A DNA stretch of 64,000 bases from Paramecium tetraurelia. Its lineage: Eukaryota. The notes below the pieces were generated by a model that was not told where the DNA came from, made no database searches, and worked only from the letters and a program-made list of their open reading frames with translations. The DNA is taken from positions 248,001-312,000 of the forward strand of contig CT868607.1 in the NCBI GenBank assembly GCA_000165425.1. Reading direction: 5' to 3'. The translations under genes and the position numbers were made by a program. This document shows, piece by piece, positions 25,813 to 39,369 of this stretch (positions within the stretch are counted from its first letter, which is position 1; every line of letters starts with the position of its first letter).

Positions 25813-26092
25813 ATGGCAGAAAGAACATTAGATTTTATAGAACAGAGAAATTCAGTTAGAAAATTAGTAACTTGGCCCTGGAATTTTGTGTTTGGCTTAC
25901 AAAGTTTCCAAACAGTCCAGCACATATATAACTTCACTGCCAGAACAATATTTGCAGCTTCAAGTCTAATCCCATTTTTAAGTATCACTATCATTCTCGA
26001 TTTTAGCCACCTACAACACCCATTAATTTGCATATGCTGAAAACTCTGTGCGTCTAACAAGATATAGGAATTATCACGATGACATTATCTGA
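25813..26092 (+). CDS. Small 84-aa protein with one hydrophobic segment
   Basis: MAERTLDFIEQRNSVRKLVTWPWNFVFG…AASSLIPFL|TTYNTHQFAYAENSVRLTRYRNYHDDII*; 25-nt intron 25982-26006. Confidence 0.65.
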
Positions 26093-27108
26093 TATTATTC
26101 AAACACATTCAACCAAATCATTATCAAAATCTACATAATTCACATTCCCAAATTTATCCGAATAGAATTACTTCCAAAATAATATGGAATACAACATTAA
26201 TTTTTCTGTTAATTAGAATCTTAAATCCTATTAGAATTGTTTTAAACTCTAAAATTTAATTAGGAGAAAACTAGATTATTATTTTTATTAAGCGAAACAT
26301 TCAATTTTAAGCACGAGCAATCTTAAATTAAACATTCTTTTACAATAATATGTTCAGTTGTTTTTCATGTACTGACTCAACGATTTTCGAATCTTTAATT
26401 AAATTTATTAGTTTTAGCCTAGCAAATGCTTAAATTTATACACTTATCAAGAGAAAAAATGATTAACATTCAGCCAAAAATATTTGTTCAATTCCTATAT
26501 TCATATCAATATATTATTATTTATGATTATACATCACATATTTAAAGTTCTACTAATATATTTGATTTCATCATTCTTCTAATTTACATTATTAGTATTT
26601 TGCCTTAATTTAAGTATTTTAATAATGTAATTATTCTACCTAAATATAATTATTAATAACTAAATCAATTTTTCAATTAGACTTCTATTATTGATGTCAC
26701 ACTAACAATATGAACTAAGAATAAGGCAAATTTATGAATCGGCAAAATAATTGTCTTATTTAGATCTTAAGAACAATATTATGAAATATTTTAATTTAAA
26801 GTTAACAATTATTTCCAAAATGTGTGTTTAGACTAAAATAGTTATTTAAGTAATTTTAAAATTGAATCCAAACATATGGTGATTAAAAGCCTTTATGATA
26901 TTTTTTTATAATATTTACTTTTTAATTTAAGTCTTATTCAATCACAACATAAAATTAGTATTTACCTAAATCAGTTAAGTTAAGACTAAAATTGTTGACA
27001 TTACTTACTTTGATTTTGAATGATGATAAATGAATTCACATAATATAATATGCTATCCGTCCTGATTAAAATTATAATTAAAAATTTATTTAAAAATTGA
27101 ATTTTGTA

Positions 27109-29299
27109 ATGGAAGCCTTATAACAAATATTAAAAACCTAAGGAACTAATGTAACAATAATAGATCTTGAATTTAAGTATCATTTGATATCTAAGACAAT
27201 AGATCAATTGAAAGTTTAGAGGAATTATTACCGTAATTAGCAAATTTTAGCAATCTTAAAGAGGTAAATTCTAAACATTAAATGTAGCTCAATTTACACG
27301 GGAATCGTTTGGCGTACTTGCCTGATGATTTAAGCCTGCTAGACACTGTCGAAGTTCTTGATATTTCTAACAATATTTTCTCTGATGTAATCCTACATGT
27401 ACAATTATTTTAGTTAGGCTAAGTTGTAGATGCTTTGTCAACCATGCCCAATTTGATTCATCTTGAGATTACATTATAATCAAAGGAGGAGGAACAATAC
27501 ATTTTAGAATGCCTTACGAATCTCCAAATTTTGAATTCTCAAAAGGTGAATGGAGATTAGGAAGGAGGTGATGAAACCTTAGAATAGTAAAGTGAATAAT
27601 AATCTGAGAGATCCATGAGTGCAGTTTAAGACATTACACTTTAGCAGTATGATCTCGAATAGATGGCTGTATAATGATGCATATCGTTAGATTTTATATG
27701 ATAACATAAGAGAGTACAAGAAAGAGGATCAAGAAGATAAACAATTTGATCAATAAATACGAACAATAATGCTTGATCTGCAATCGAAGTTAAAATAAAA
27801 CAATCCTGATCACTTAACCAATCTTAACATATTAACAGTAATCCTCATCATAATCTTAGGCAAAATTTAACTTATATGAAATCTGCTTTAAATCAATAAT
27901 GAAATACTTCAAAGCAAATGACAAAAAATTAGATGTAATCATTACAAAAATTCATGATATGCATTTCCAAATTTTTAATGATATGTCTAATGTTATTTCA
28001 AATGTCAAACCACAATCTAAAAATACATCCTAAATCATCGAGAATAAAAAGTAAGTGAACCAACCACAACAAGGCGATAAAACAGTTGAAAATAGATTAA
28101 GATTAGAACTATCAGAACTTTAATAATAAAATGCTGAATTAGAAAAAGAAAATAAAAGATATTTAGATCTTCTCATTAAACATTCAAAAGGGGATAGGTC
28201 ATCGATTCCTAATTCAGAACACGTAATAAAATAATAAAACGACTCCTATCAATCTTAAAACTATTCAAAAAACCACCAATCATCCAGCATTCAACAAAAT
28301 AATACTATTTTTTAGTCAAAATAATCTTAGAATCTTAATTCAGTGCCTTAACAAGTAAATATTAGACACTTGACATTGAAACAATTAAAAGATGTTATTA
28401 ATGAAATATATGAAAGTAAACAGAAATTCGATTAGAAGTGTGCTGATTCTAAATTACCTCGAGAAACCATGGAATAGCATATGTATACTTTTCTAAATTA
28501 GAAATATGGACTTAAAAGTCTTATAATAGAATGGGCTACATCAATAATAAATGCACTTAAAAAGTATTCAGCAGAAGATAATGATGTGGCTGTATTTGGT
28601 AAGATCCTTAGGAATGAATGCGATGAAGAGTTTCGCTTTGTTTAGACCTAAGTCAAAAATACTATGCAAGAATTATTAAAAGTAATCATTTTCAATATCA
28701 AAGATGTACCTAAGAGGAAAATTTCCATTGAAACATTAAGCAGAGATTAAGGAAATGCTAAATCAAAGAATTAATGGGCAACTTTATGAGGAGGAAGCTG
28801 TGGATATTATAAAATATATGTACAATTAAGAGGATTCAGAATTACTTCTAAACAAATTAAAATCATACTATATAGTTCCTTAGAAAAATCCAGATAGGAG
28901 ATTAACAAGAGAAGAGCAATTATCTTTGCTTTAAGAAAAAGATAAATATAAATTAGAATATTCAGTGTTTCAGAAGATAATATTAGATTTCTAACTAAAG
29001 TCACATGAGAAATACTTGAAGAAATTTATTTTGACTTTTAAGTAAATGGACACAGATGCTAATGGAATTATTGATGAGGTAAATAATATATTTGAAGTTA
29101 ATAGAATGAATTTAGAAATTTGATTGATATTTTAAATTTTGGAGCAGGAGATCTTGACATCTAAAAATATTTGAACATAATCGATCCCTATAGTCATTAA
29201 TAAATAACATTTTCATAATGTGTGACTCTATTTTCTTCAGAATCTGTGCCTGGTTCTAATGGATAGCTCCAAATACTATAAAAGATATCAGAATAATGA
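27109..29299 (+). CDS. LRR, coiled-coil, TSNAXIP1-like and EF-hand protein
   Basis: LRRs LNLHGNRLAYLP, VLDISNNIF; conserved block ETMEQHMYTFLNQKYGLKSLIIEWATSIINAL…VAVFGKILRNECDEEF; EF-hand MDTDANGIIDE; many tiny introns. Confidence 0.7.
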
Positions 29300-29500
29300 T
29301 TTAATCAAACTATATTTATTGTGAATTGATGAAATATAAATTTAACATTTTATATTTACACTTACTAATAACTTAGGTTACTAAATTATTATGATATTAT
29401 CTATTATTATTAAACTAAAATACTGATTTTACTGTTAATTAAAGAACTACCTTAAGATATTTCTTAAGTTTATTTATTATTAAAAATATGAAACTTATAA

Positions 29501-30920
29501 TCACATATTGAAACTTGATCTTACTTTATAAAAACTTACGTCTTATTTAACTTATTAATGGTAGTCTTATGTCTATACTCTACTTCCCAACTATTAGGAT
29601 GGATTAAAATAATTAATTTTTTTGTAATTAATTTCTCTACTATTTTCAGCATTGTCTTGTTCCTTCTTTAAATATGATTATAACAATTCAATATGGCTGG
29701 AAATAGAGCTAGATTTGTTATAGGCATATTGTTATTGGTGTTAAATAAGTTCATTAAATGCAACAATCAGTAAAGTTATGTTGTCACCGCTCTTTCTGAT
29801 GACAACCTCTTTTATTACAGCGTCAACTGCTGAAGATATTTAAGCATGAAGATTTTAGTTATCTTTGTTTTTTTTCAAATCACTCCAAATTTCATCTATA
29901 ACCTCTTAAGAATTCATTTTATCAAAAATTCCATCACCTAAGATACTATTAAACTTTACATCCTAACACCATGAAATCATGTTAATTAGTTATACGAAAT
30001 ATTTTTATATCTGGTTAAGCTATAACTACATTAGGCTTTCCTCCAAATTGCTCATTTTTTGCCTCAATGTCTCCAAACGCTCTAGAAACAGATAACCTAC
30101 CAGGAAATACTCTCAATGGTCCTTGAATTACAATGCCTTTATCATTCGTTATACTGGTTTAATAGATTTATCCTCCTCCTTATTGAATTCTTGCAGACTC
30201 ATTCTACGGCTTATGATCAATTGATAAATCAAAATACTTCTTCCCTTTATCAGAACTCAAGATAGCTCTACAGTCACCAACGTTTGCAACATAACAGTAG
30301 TCCCCTACAATAAGACTAATGATTGCACAAGATCCACTTTTTTCTGCTTAATTCTTGCTGTATTATTGAAGAGCAAAGGATAGAAAGTCTTTTTCAGCAG
30401 CTTCGAAGCCTTTCTTGATTGCAACTAATGGATTCCAAGGAAATTCTTTTTATTTAGATATGTATTAATGTAAATTATCTCTTAAAAAGTTGACGCATCC
30501 TTAGCCTCCATGACCATCGTAAACTCCAAAGAATGAGCACTTTGGCCAATTTTCATTTATTCTGGTCTGAGGTTTCAGTATATTCAAAATAATTGAAACT
30601 CTATCCTCATTATAATTTCTTATTAATCCTTAATGTGTATTCGCTGCATAAGCCTTAACTTATCCATTTTAAACAGATGAACATTTCGTTGGTTCATAAT
30701 TAGGTAATTCTTACAGTTTAACTAAAGGTGTTTACTTAAGTTCTAATAAACTGTGATAATTTATTCCTTAATACGATTTCATGTATTCCTTTTTTTTTGG
30801 TGAAGCTTCAAATTGATAGTTTTTATTTAATGCTTCCTTTTGAATTTTAGGATTAACCTGATTATCAAAGTACATGTAATTATTTAAGAATGAAAGACTT
30901 TCCTTTTGTTTTGTATTCAT
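29501..30920 (-). CDS. Protein phosphatase 2C (PPM family)
   Basis: RNYNEDR, FFGVYDGHGG, SGSCA, YVANVGDCRAIL, DHKP, GRLSVSRAFGD, DGIFD, GDNIT. Confidence 0.93.
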
Positions 30921-30989
30921 TCTACAAATTTATTTATATTAATTGCATTATCATTTCTAAAACAAAAATAAAATGGTTTATCAAAGCAC

Positions 30990-31653
30990 TCAAATCTTTT
31001 AATCTGTCTTTGTATATGCTGACAGCAAATATCTAATTAGATTACTATGGGATACTCCTGTACCAATGGTGGATAATTCCTTATTTTTATATCGCATCAT
31101 AACAGTCTTGTTTATTCTACTTGATGAAGTGCAAAGTGAAAAATCAGATATTGGTGCTGTAATGTGCTTCTTAAATCCAAAAAATGAATAAAAAGTTAAT
31201 TTGAATTCACCATTTGGGTAAAACCATAAACTTTTGGGTATTTTTTAACCCATTCTTTGAGTTACAAAAAGACCAAGTGTTGATGTTAATCCAAATAATA
31301 TGGCTACAACTTTTAATTTCGTAATTTTAGACTCTATTTTATCTTGTTTTCTAAATTATTTTGTAATCTTACATTTCATAATACTTCTTAGTTTTATCCA
31401 CATTTTCTAGATCAATCAACAGTTATTAATATTTTTATTATCCTATTATCCCCATATATCCAAGACCAAATAGTGTATAAAATATTACTTAATATCTGGA
31501 ACCTAATAATAATAGTTTTGTAAGTTTCCCAATTTCATAAAGATGAATTGGCTTATTCTCAGCCAATTTTAATAACGATTAATATGAAGCTGAATCTAAT
31601 TTCTCAGTTTCACGTAAAAATTTAATCACTTATTCTGAATTATTTAATGCCAT
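30990..31653 (-). CDS. Two-TM hypothetical protein (architecture resembles mitochondrial TMEM70/TMEM223)
   Basis: Two hydrophobic helices (VIFYTLFGLGYMGII; VVAILFGLTSTLGLFV) then LWFYPNGEFKLTFYSFFG; 22-nt intron. Confidence 0.5.
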
Positions 31654-32228
31654 ATTTAATTAAAATTAAAATTTTCAATTCCTTTTAATAAAATATTTAT
31701 CTAATAGATATATATTGAAATTAACAGGATCTCTAAATCTCTGTAATTTTTATCGAAATAGTTCATATCTTTGGCTAGCATAATTTCTAAGTTTATTTAA
31801 ACAGTAAACTTATTATTATTCTCCTTGTAGTAATGATAAATTGATAATAATAAATATTAGAGAATTAAGATCGACTATAAAAATCCTTAAACACCAACTT
31901 TGACTACTATGAAATAATAATAAAATATTTTATGTATTTAAACATTTAATTACCTGATTAATTTCTATATTATTACATTTAATAAATTATCAAGCTTGAT
32001 TATCATTATATTTCTGAAGCGTTATGCCAAGTAAAATGAAGAGATGTTAATTTCTTTTTTTTTGAGATATAATTATTTCGAATAAATTAATGACAATGAT
32101 GTTTCTTAATTTAATGGCAAATAAATGAGGAGGATGGCTTTAATGAAATGGGGAAATAACAAAATCTAAATTTGTTAATTTTTTTATAATGTTATAGTTG
32201 TAATGAAAAACGGATTATAATTAAATTT

Positions 32229-35200
32229 ATGTTTAAGTAATTGTTAGTGGCATGGCTGCTAGTCAGCGTGTCTATACAGTTCAAGACATCTGCAAGATTG
32301 CAGATTACTCCATTAGAATCTATTCTCTCAATAGACCCATCAGGTTGGACATGTGAGAACCCAAGTTACAAGGAATAATTGGGAGCATAGCATGACATTG
32401 ATTAATGGATTGACATTATCAAACACAAAGATGGATTTGATGGTGATTTACAAGTGTTGGCAATGGTGAAAGGCCTAGTCGACAGAGTATTGCAGACAGT
32501 TTAGCATATTTAAGAGGGATCATTTATTTAGGTTAAATAGTTGCATCATCAAATCTCCAAGCATTTCAAATCATTATCCTAGATAGAGTCAACATCAAGT
32601 TGGTATGATATAAATGATATTTTGGGATATTTGGAAGTTTTGAACAAAGCAAAAAGTAAATAACCATAATAAATGTTTTAGGTGATGAAGACAAATTATA
32701 ACTTGCTTAAACAATAGCCACCAAGATTTCAGAGTTGATTTAACAGATAACTGAGATCTAATTACAATTAAATACAATTCCAGTTGATATCGATTAATTA
32801 TACGATTTGGCATCAAGAGTAAATGGAAAGACTTCCTAGTGCAAGGATTAATGGGCATCCTAATTGGAAGCTGATGCTAAAGCAGAGGAAGAAGAGAGAA
32901 AAAAAGAACAAGAACAAGAAGAAGCAAGAGTGAGAGCTGAACAAGAGGCTAAGGAGGCAGCAGAAGCAGCTGCTGAAGAATAAAGAAGAAAAGAGGAGGA
33001 AGCAAGAGAATTAGAAGAACTTAAAAATAGAGTTGATATAACACCTGAAGAAGCTGAAAAATTAGAATAAGAGGCTGAGAAAGAATTAGAATTAGCAGAA
33101 GAGTTAGAACATGAGGCAGAAGCAGAGTTAGATTCGGCAAAGGCTGCTGAATTGGATGCAGAGACTGAGGCTGAAAGAGATGCAAGAGAAGCATAAGAAG
33201 CGGCAGAAAAAGCAGCAGAATCACAATAGGTCTTGGAAAATGCCCAAAATAAAGAAGAAGAAGCTTGTTTAGATGCTGAGGAAGCATAAAGAAGATTGAA
33301 GGAGGCTTAGGAGGCAGCTGAAGAAGCAAGAAAAAGAGCTGAAGAGGCTGAGAGATTGGCTGAAGAAGCTAAAAAGGCTAAGGAATGTGAACCAGTGCCT
33401 GAGCCAGAATCAGTAGCAGAAGAAGAAGAGGTTGAGGAAGAAGAGGAATTTGAATGGGAATCAGAAGAGGAAGATGGTTGTGGAGATGATGTTTTGGAAG
33501 ATTTGATTGATACATTGATTGATGCAGCAACTGGACCAAGTGCTTATTAACCAAGTTGTGGATATCCAGGATGTTAAGAACAACCAATCATTATTATTGT
33601 TGAAGATGATGAGGATGAACCTAAACCCGAACCTAAACCAGAATCTTAACCTGAGCCAGAAGAAGAAGTTGTTGTTGTTGAAGAATAACCAGAAGAGGAA
33701 GTTGTTGTAGAACCAACACCAGATGATGAAAAAGTAGAAGAGTAAGAAGAAGTCGTTGAAGAGATTGTAGAAGAGATTGTTGAGGAAATTGTTGAAGAAA
33801 TAGTTGAAGAGATTGTTGAAGAGATTGTTGAGGAATTAGTTGAAGAGGAAGAAGACGATGATTTCGGTAGATTAGAATTTCCAGATGAACCAGTACCAGA
33901 ATTAGAATAACTTGTTTATACCTTAGATGAGAGAACTGACAGTGTTGTTACATAAGAAACATCACCTTGGGAGAAAGATGTTGAAGATGGACCTGATAGC
34001 AGAATTAAGACATCAGTTGAATACAGTTATGGATTATGGACATATTTCAGATACAATGGTAAGGTGAAGATTGCAGAAAAGAAGGAAGTCTTGGCTGTTG
34101 GTGGTTTGAGTGGAGATGACACAAATAGATTAGTGACAACTATTGGGAGAAGGATTCTATAACTTCTAAGTATTTGAAGGGGAAGTTGTGACTGAATTAC
34201 AATTAGATTATGGCAAGTATTTGGATGCTGAATGGATTTATGTCTATTTCGGTTATAAAGAAGGAAAAGCCAATGGTTATATTTACTGGGGTAGAACTTA
34301 AGTAATCAAGAGTGTCACATTCACAGTAACTCAACCAGCTATTGTTAAAACTATTAAATTCTAATCTGGACTTTGGAAGGGTTTCAAAGGATTCAATGGA
34401 GTCATCTCCAATGTTAGAGTCGTCTTGAATAAGAATTCATTTGTGGAAACAGAGGAAGAGATGAAAAATTTGATTGAAACCAAATACACTGTTCCAACAG
34501 ACCCTGAGTTAGAGTATTAGGAGAAATAATACTATGACAAAGTTGAATATGATGGTTTAGTAGATGATCCCAAGTTCAAATGGGATTTAGATGGATATAG
34601 AGAATATTCAGTATCCACATGGTTTAGATATGTAAGAAGATCTGAAAGAGCACATTAAGTGATATTTAGATTTACATCCAACGAACCAGAAGTAGGAATA
34701 ATTCCTCATGGTTTGAAAGCACTTTCACTATGGTAAACTGAACAAAATGAATACGAATTTTCTACCTATACAGTTGAAGAGAAGGACAAGTTCAGTGACA
34801 TCAATGAGAAGGTTGTGATTTCTTAAGAATCACAGTAATTGTGGACATTTGCATACTTTGGATATAACCATGGAGACTTCTAATATTACATGGAATGGCC
34901 TGATAGCAAAGCTGAAAAACAATTCAAAGGTTGGCATGTTGTAGCCAAATATTGGGCTCTCTATTTGGGACAAGGACATTAATTTTTCTTCCATGGAAAG
35001 ACAGCCTATACTACTATCAGATTTGGAAAGGGTGCATGGGGATATGCTACAGATTTCGATGATTATAAGACTGGTAAGATTAAATTATGGCCTGGAGTAT
35101 AATTGAAAACATATGATCCTAAATGGTTGAATCACAAAACAGAATCTGAGTATGATACTTTACTTCATGATGAGCCAGATTGGGTAACAGATGGTGTTTA

Positions 35201-37770
35201 TGAATATGGATTCGGTATGTGGACTAAATTCTTCATCACAAATCCATCAAGAATTTATGAGAAACCTGATCGTATTTTGGTTGGTAGATTAGGATTTACA
35301 GATTAAGATGAGGCTGAATTTGCAGTATATATTGGAAGAGGAAATTATGAATTCTGGGCTGGTTCAGGAAGACCAGTTAATTATGGAAAGAATCTAGATG
35401 GATATTGGAATTACATCTATTTCAGTTATTCAAAATTGAAGTAAATTGCTGTTGGATATGTTAATTTCAATAAATTGAAGTAAGTGTAAAGAACAGTTTT
35501 TGATCCATTTGATGCTGATCCTGCTAACAATTATGTCAGATTCTATGTTGGATAATGGAAATCTACTGTTTATGGATTCAATGGAAGAATTGCTCATGCA
35601 GTTGTCAGATTCGGAAGAGGATCATTTATTAATGAAATAGCTGAATATGAAACATGGATTGAATAATACAAGGTCCCAGTTGACGAAGAATTAGGAACAA
35701 AGGATTATGAAATCTAAGGTGCTGATAACAAAGATACTGAAACATATGAAACATTTGTTTATGAAGATGGAGCAACTGAAACAGAATAATATTCAGTCTA
35801 TGGATGGTTCAAGTATTATGGAAGTTTAGATGATACTGAAGCATAAACAGTTATCAGATTAACCAATAATGAGCCAGGATTCTTGAAGGATGCTAACTTG
35901 TTAGGAGATAGAACATTATCAGTTATTCAAAAAGGTGGAGATATGGAAATTGGAACCTATGACATTGGATTCATTGACACTGACTTCAATCTTAATAGAA
36001 ATTCCAATATTGCTTTGGGAGAATAAAGAGGAATTTGGATGTACATTTGGGTTGGATATTCCAGATAAGATGAATACGCTGGATGGTTCTTTGGTTTCCC
36101 AGATGTCAGCAAAGGAGGTTTATTGAAGAAGGTATTGCATTTCTCTCCAAAATACCTTGCTGTCTATTTCGGAAAGGATGGAATTAATAAGAATTTCATT
36201 GGTAAATCTAGACATGTTCATGCTTGTTATGGTAGCACATAATGCTGGCACTATGTTGATAAGGTCGAAGTAGAGGTTGATCTTCCAGCTTGGATCCCAT
36301 ACAAACTTAATAATTACTTTGAATTCTACGTGTAAAATGATGCTGATGCTTTGATTTATGCTAAAGATGACAAACCAGCATTGGATGTTGAATTTACATA
36401 GACTAATTTCCCAGGATCTGATATTGAAGCCATTTATGAATATGGTATTGGTTTATGGACAAGATGGTTGATGAATTATCCATTCATTTTATTGGACAAG
36501 GCTGAATCCCATTCCATATTTAGATTCACAACTAATGCTCAATATGAAGATTCCTAAAAGAATGGAGACAGAACAGTATCAGCATTTGTTGGAAGAGGAG
36601 AGTATCAATTCAGTACTTACGATGCAGTTCTTGATAAGAATGAGATCACAACAGGAACCAAATTTGATAAAGAATTAGAAGGATATTGGAATTTCGTCTA
36701 TTTCTGCTATAAGAGAATTCCAACTGGACCAAAGGGTATTGGATATGTCTATCTTACTCATTAAAATGTTGTTAAGAGAGTTGAAATTGATAGTGCCAAA
36801 CATTGGTTGTTGAGGGATTATGCTAGGTTGGTTATCGGAAAGAAAGAATTTGGACATTCAGCCTTCTAAGGTAAATTGTTTGATCCAAGAGCCTTTTTGG
36901 GAAAGAATAGTTATATTGATTCAAGTGAGGATTTACTCAATGTTGTTGTTCCTAAATTTAGACCCTACCCACCTTACAAAGATAAATAAGACAATGAACC
37001 TGTCTAAGTAGAAAAGGCTAAGATGACTCAAAGAGTGTTTAAACAATATGAAGAGAAGTACAGTGGAGTATTTGAATACAGCGTTTATGGATTTGCCAAG
37101 GGTAGCAAATTAAAGAATGTCACTGATTGGACCACACTTGTTAGAGTGACTCAAAATACTCCAGACATCTAGGCTGATAATGACAATGCAGGAGATAGAA
37201 CTCTTTCCATCTTCATTGATAAAGGGGTCTGGTATTTCAGCACTTATGATTACGGAGACATTGAAACTGCAGATGATGACGTTGGTTCAAGTATTTATTG
37301 ATATTTATATTCTCTAGTTGACAAAAAGTTCGACATTGGTAAATATTGGGGCAAATGGACTTATTTCTACTTTGGTTATTCCTTCCATCTCAAATAAGCA
37401 TACGCCTACATCAGGTAGATTGATTAGACTTCTAATTCTTATCTCTTCGAAGAAGTGTATCACTTTGTTCCAAACTACTTGAGTGTGTTCTTCTCCGAGG
37501 ATGGCTACGGAAAACAATTTGATGTAATCGACCTTCTCATATCTTTAGGGTGAAGCCTTTGATTGGTATTTGGGTATAGGAGACGGAGCCTTTACTACAA
37601 CTCCAGAACCAAGAGAGTGGCCAGTCGACCCCGCTCCTCCTCCCGATAGGATTTTGTCTGCTCTGTTGGCCAACCAAGGATTCAATTCAGGAAGAATCGT
37701 TAAGGATACATAGAAATTCTTCTTGCAAAAATACGAACCTGCTAATTTAAACCAAGAAGAACAAGAATGA
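32229..37770 (+). CDS. Very large secreted acidic protein (about 1830 codons) with a Glu-rich stalk and six ConA/LamG-like repeats
   Basis: Signal peptide MFKQLLVAWLLVSVS; E/A-rich helix; six ~200-aa repeats with EYS/GxxxW…RLT…GDRT(L)…FSTY…WxYIYFGY; two introns (27 and 25 nt) near the 3' end; no C-terminal TM. Confidence 0.85.
33758..33841 (+). repeat. Seven 12-bp coding tandem repeats (EEIV)
   Basis: gaagagattgta gaagagattgtt gaggaaattgtt gaagaaatagtt gaagagattgtt gaagagattgtt gaggaattagtt. Confidence 0.9.
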
Positions 37771-37794
37771 TATATAAAATCATAAATAAAACTT

Positions 37795-38493
37795 ATGGCA
37801 ATTTATTTTCCTGAAGAATCGGATAGAATCAATAAGAAGGCAGAACAAACAAAGTAAAAGATTCTGGAGATGCGCAAAATAGCATAAGAATAGTTCGGCG
37901 TTGTCTTTCCTGACTCCAATCCATTTTAAATTAAAATTTATGATTAAAGGGAATCAATTAAAGAACTAGATGAAAATATAAGGATGTACAAAAAGATTCA
38001 AAAAAATGACGATAGAGTATTCATTGATTTTGAAAAAAAGAATCAGTATATGCTTGATCACAATTCATTTAAAACGTTACAACTCATCAAAAGTTAAAAG
38101 TAAGTTAGCGAAGATAAAATCGAAACGTCTTGCTAATCCTACTAATCATTAATCAATCGATCATTAAAATCAGTACTCTCTCAGCGTTTCGATAAAGCAA
38201 CAAATGTTTCCAAAAAAACCTCACCAAGAACATATTTCTAAAAAGATCGCTCTTGCACTGTTCGAACTAGGACTATTACTTTGACCAAGAGAAAAACAAT
38301 GAATCCTTAAAAAGTTGAATTCGAAGGTCTAATAAGCGAGCAAAGAAAAATATTATAAACATCTCATCTCAAAAGGTATCACAAAGATAAACTACAATAA
38401 GACTTCTCAAATCTACTAGCTGAATTAAATAACATCAAAATCCATAAGGAGGAAACCATCTTTGAAAAATACAAAAAAAAGTATTTATTTTGA
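37795..38493 (+). CDS. Hypothetical protein (232 aa)
   Basis: Uninterrupted frame MAIYFPEESDRINKKAE…KYKKKYLF TGA. Confidence 0.65.
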
Positions 38494-39369
38494 AATTTCA
38501 ATTTTCATTTATTCATTTCTGTATTTTAACATAATTCAATTAAATTGTTTAATATTCTTGTATTTGTTAGGTTTATTAATAAGTTTTTCATTATTTTCAA
38601 GCCCATTTGCACATCAAATATAATAAGTGATAATAATTACATCATTCAACAAAGAATCTTAGTAGTCCAAGGAATGCTCTTTATTAGATTTTTACAAATT
38701 AATTAGTGTTTAGAAATTGTTGTTATAAAAATAGATCTAAGTCTTAACAGTTGCAACTTAAGATTTAATGGGGAAATGGTTAAATATGAAATAGTTTAAG
38801 ACTATTATCTATAAATCTTCACTTATATCATTGATATTAATAGTAAATTAAAGTATGAATTGAAAATTAATGATATTTATAGATGGCAATTCAAATGATA
38901 ATTAGTATGACATTAAATAGAATAAATGAAATGTTAGTACAAATATTCAATTAGAAGAACAATAAATTATATTTATTCAACTGAAACTCATATTTCAAAG
39001 GGATATACTTAATCTACTTTCAACTTATCTTATCTGAGAGTATTTAAAATATATTGATTTCATTTTACACAAATATAAATGATTAAAGTAAATTACCTAT
39101 TGTGTGAGATAAATTTCACTCCCCTAAAATTCAGTATATAATGTAAATACTCAAAAGTATCTAATATTGAAGTTGTTATCATGTTAGTATATTCTCTATT
39201 TATGAATTAAAAGTCAATAATATTTTGATTTATATCGATAAAATAACAATAATTTGCTATTTTCATAACTAAAATAGTAGATAATTATATTAATTTAATA
39301 AATTTAAATCAAAAGCATTTAAAATTTTCATAATATTCGATGTGTTTTAGAAAATTTCTAATAATTAGC

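Noticed and set aside
27020..27065. Possible C/D-box snoRNA (ATGATGA…CTGA)
   Set aside because: Only about 46 nt, with no terminal stem and no guide complementarity I could recognise. Such boxes arise by chance in AT-rich DNA.
33021..33587. Leu/Pro-rich minus-strand ORFs from the supplied track
   Set aside because: Antisense shadows of the Glu/Ala-rich stalk of the large secreted protein.
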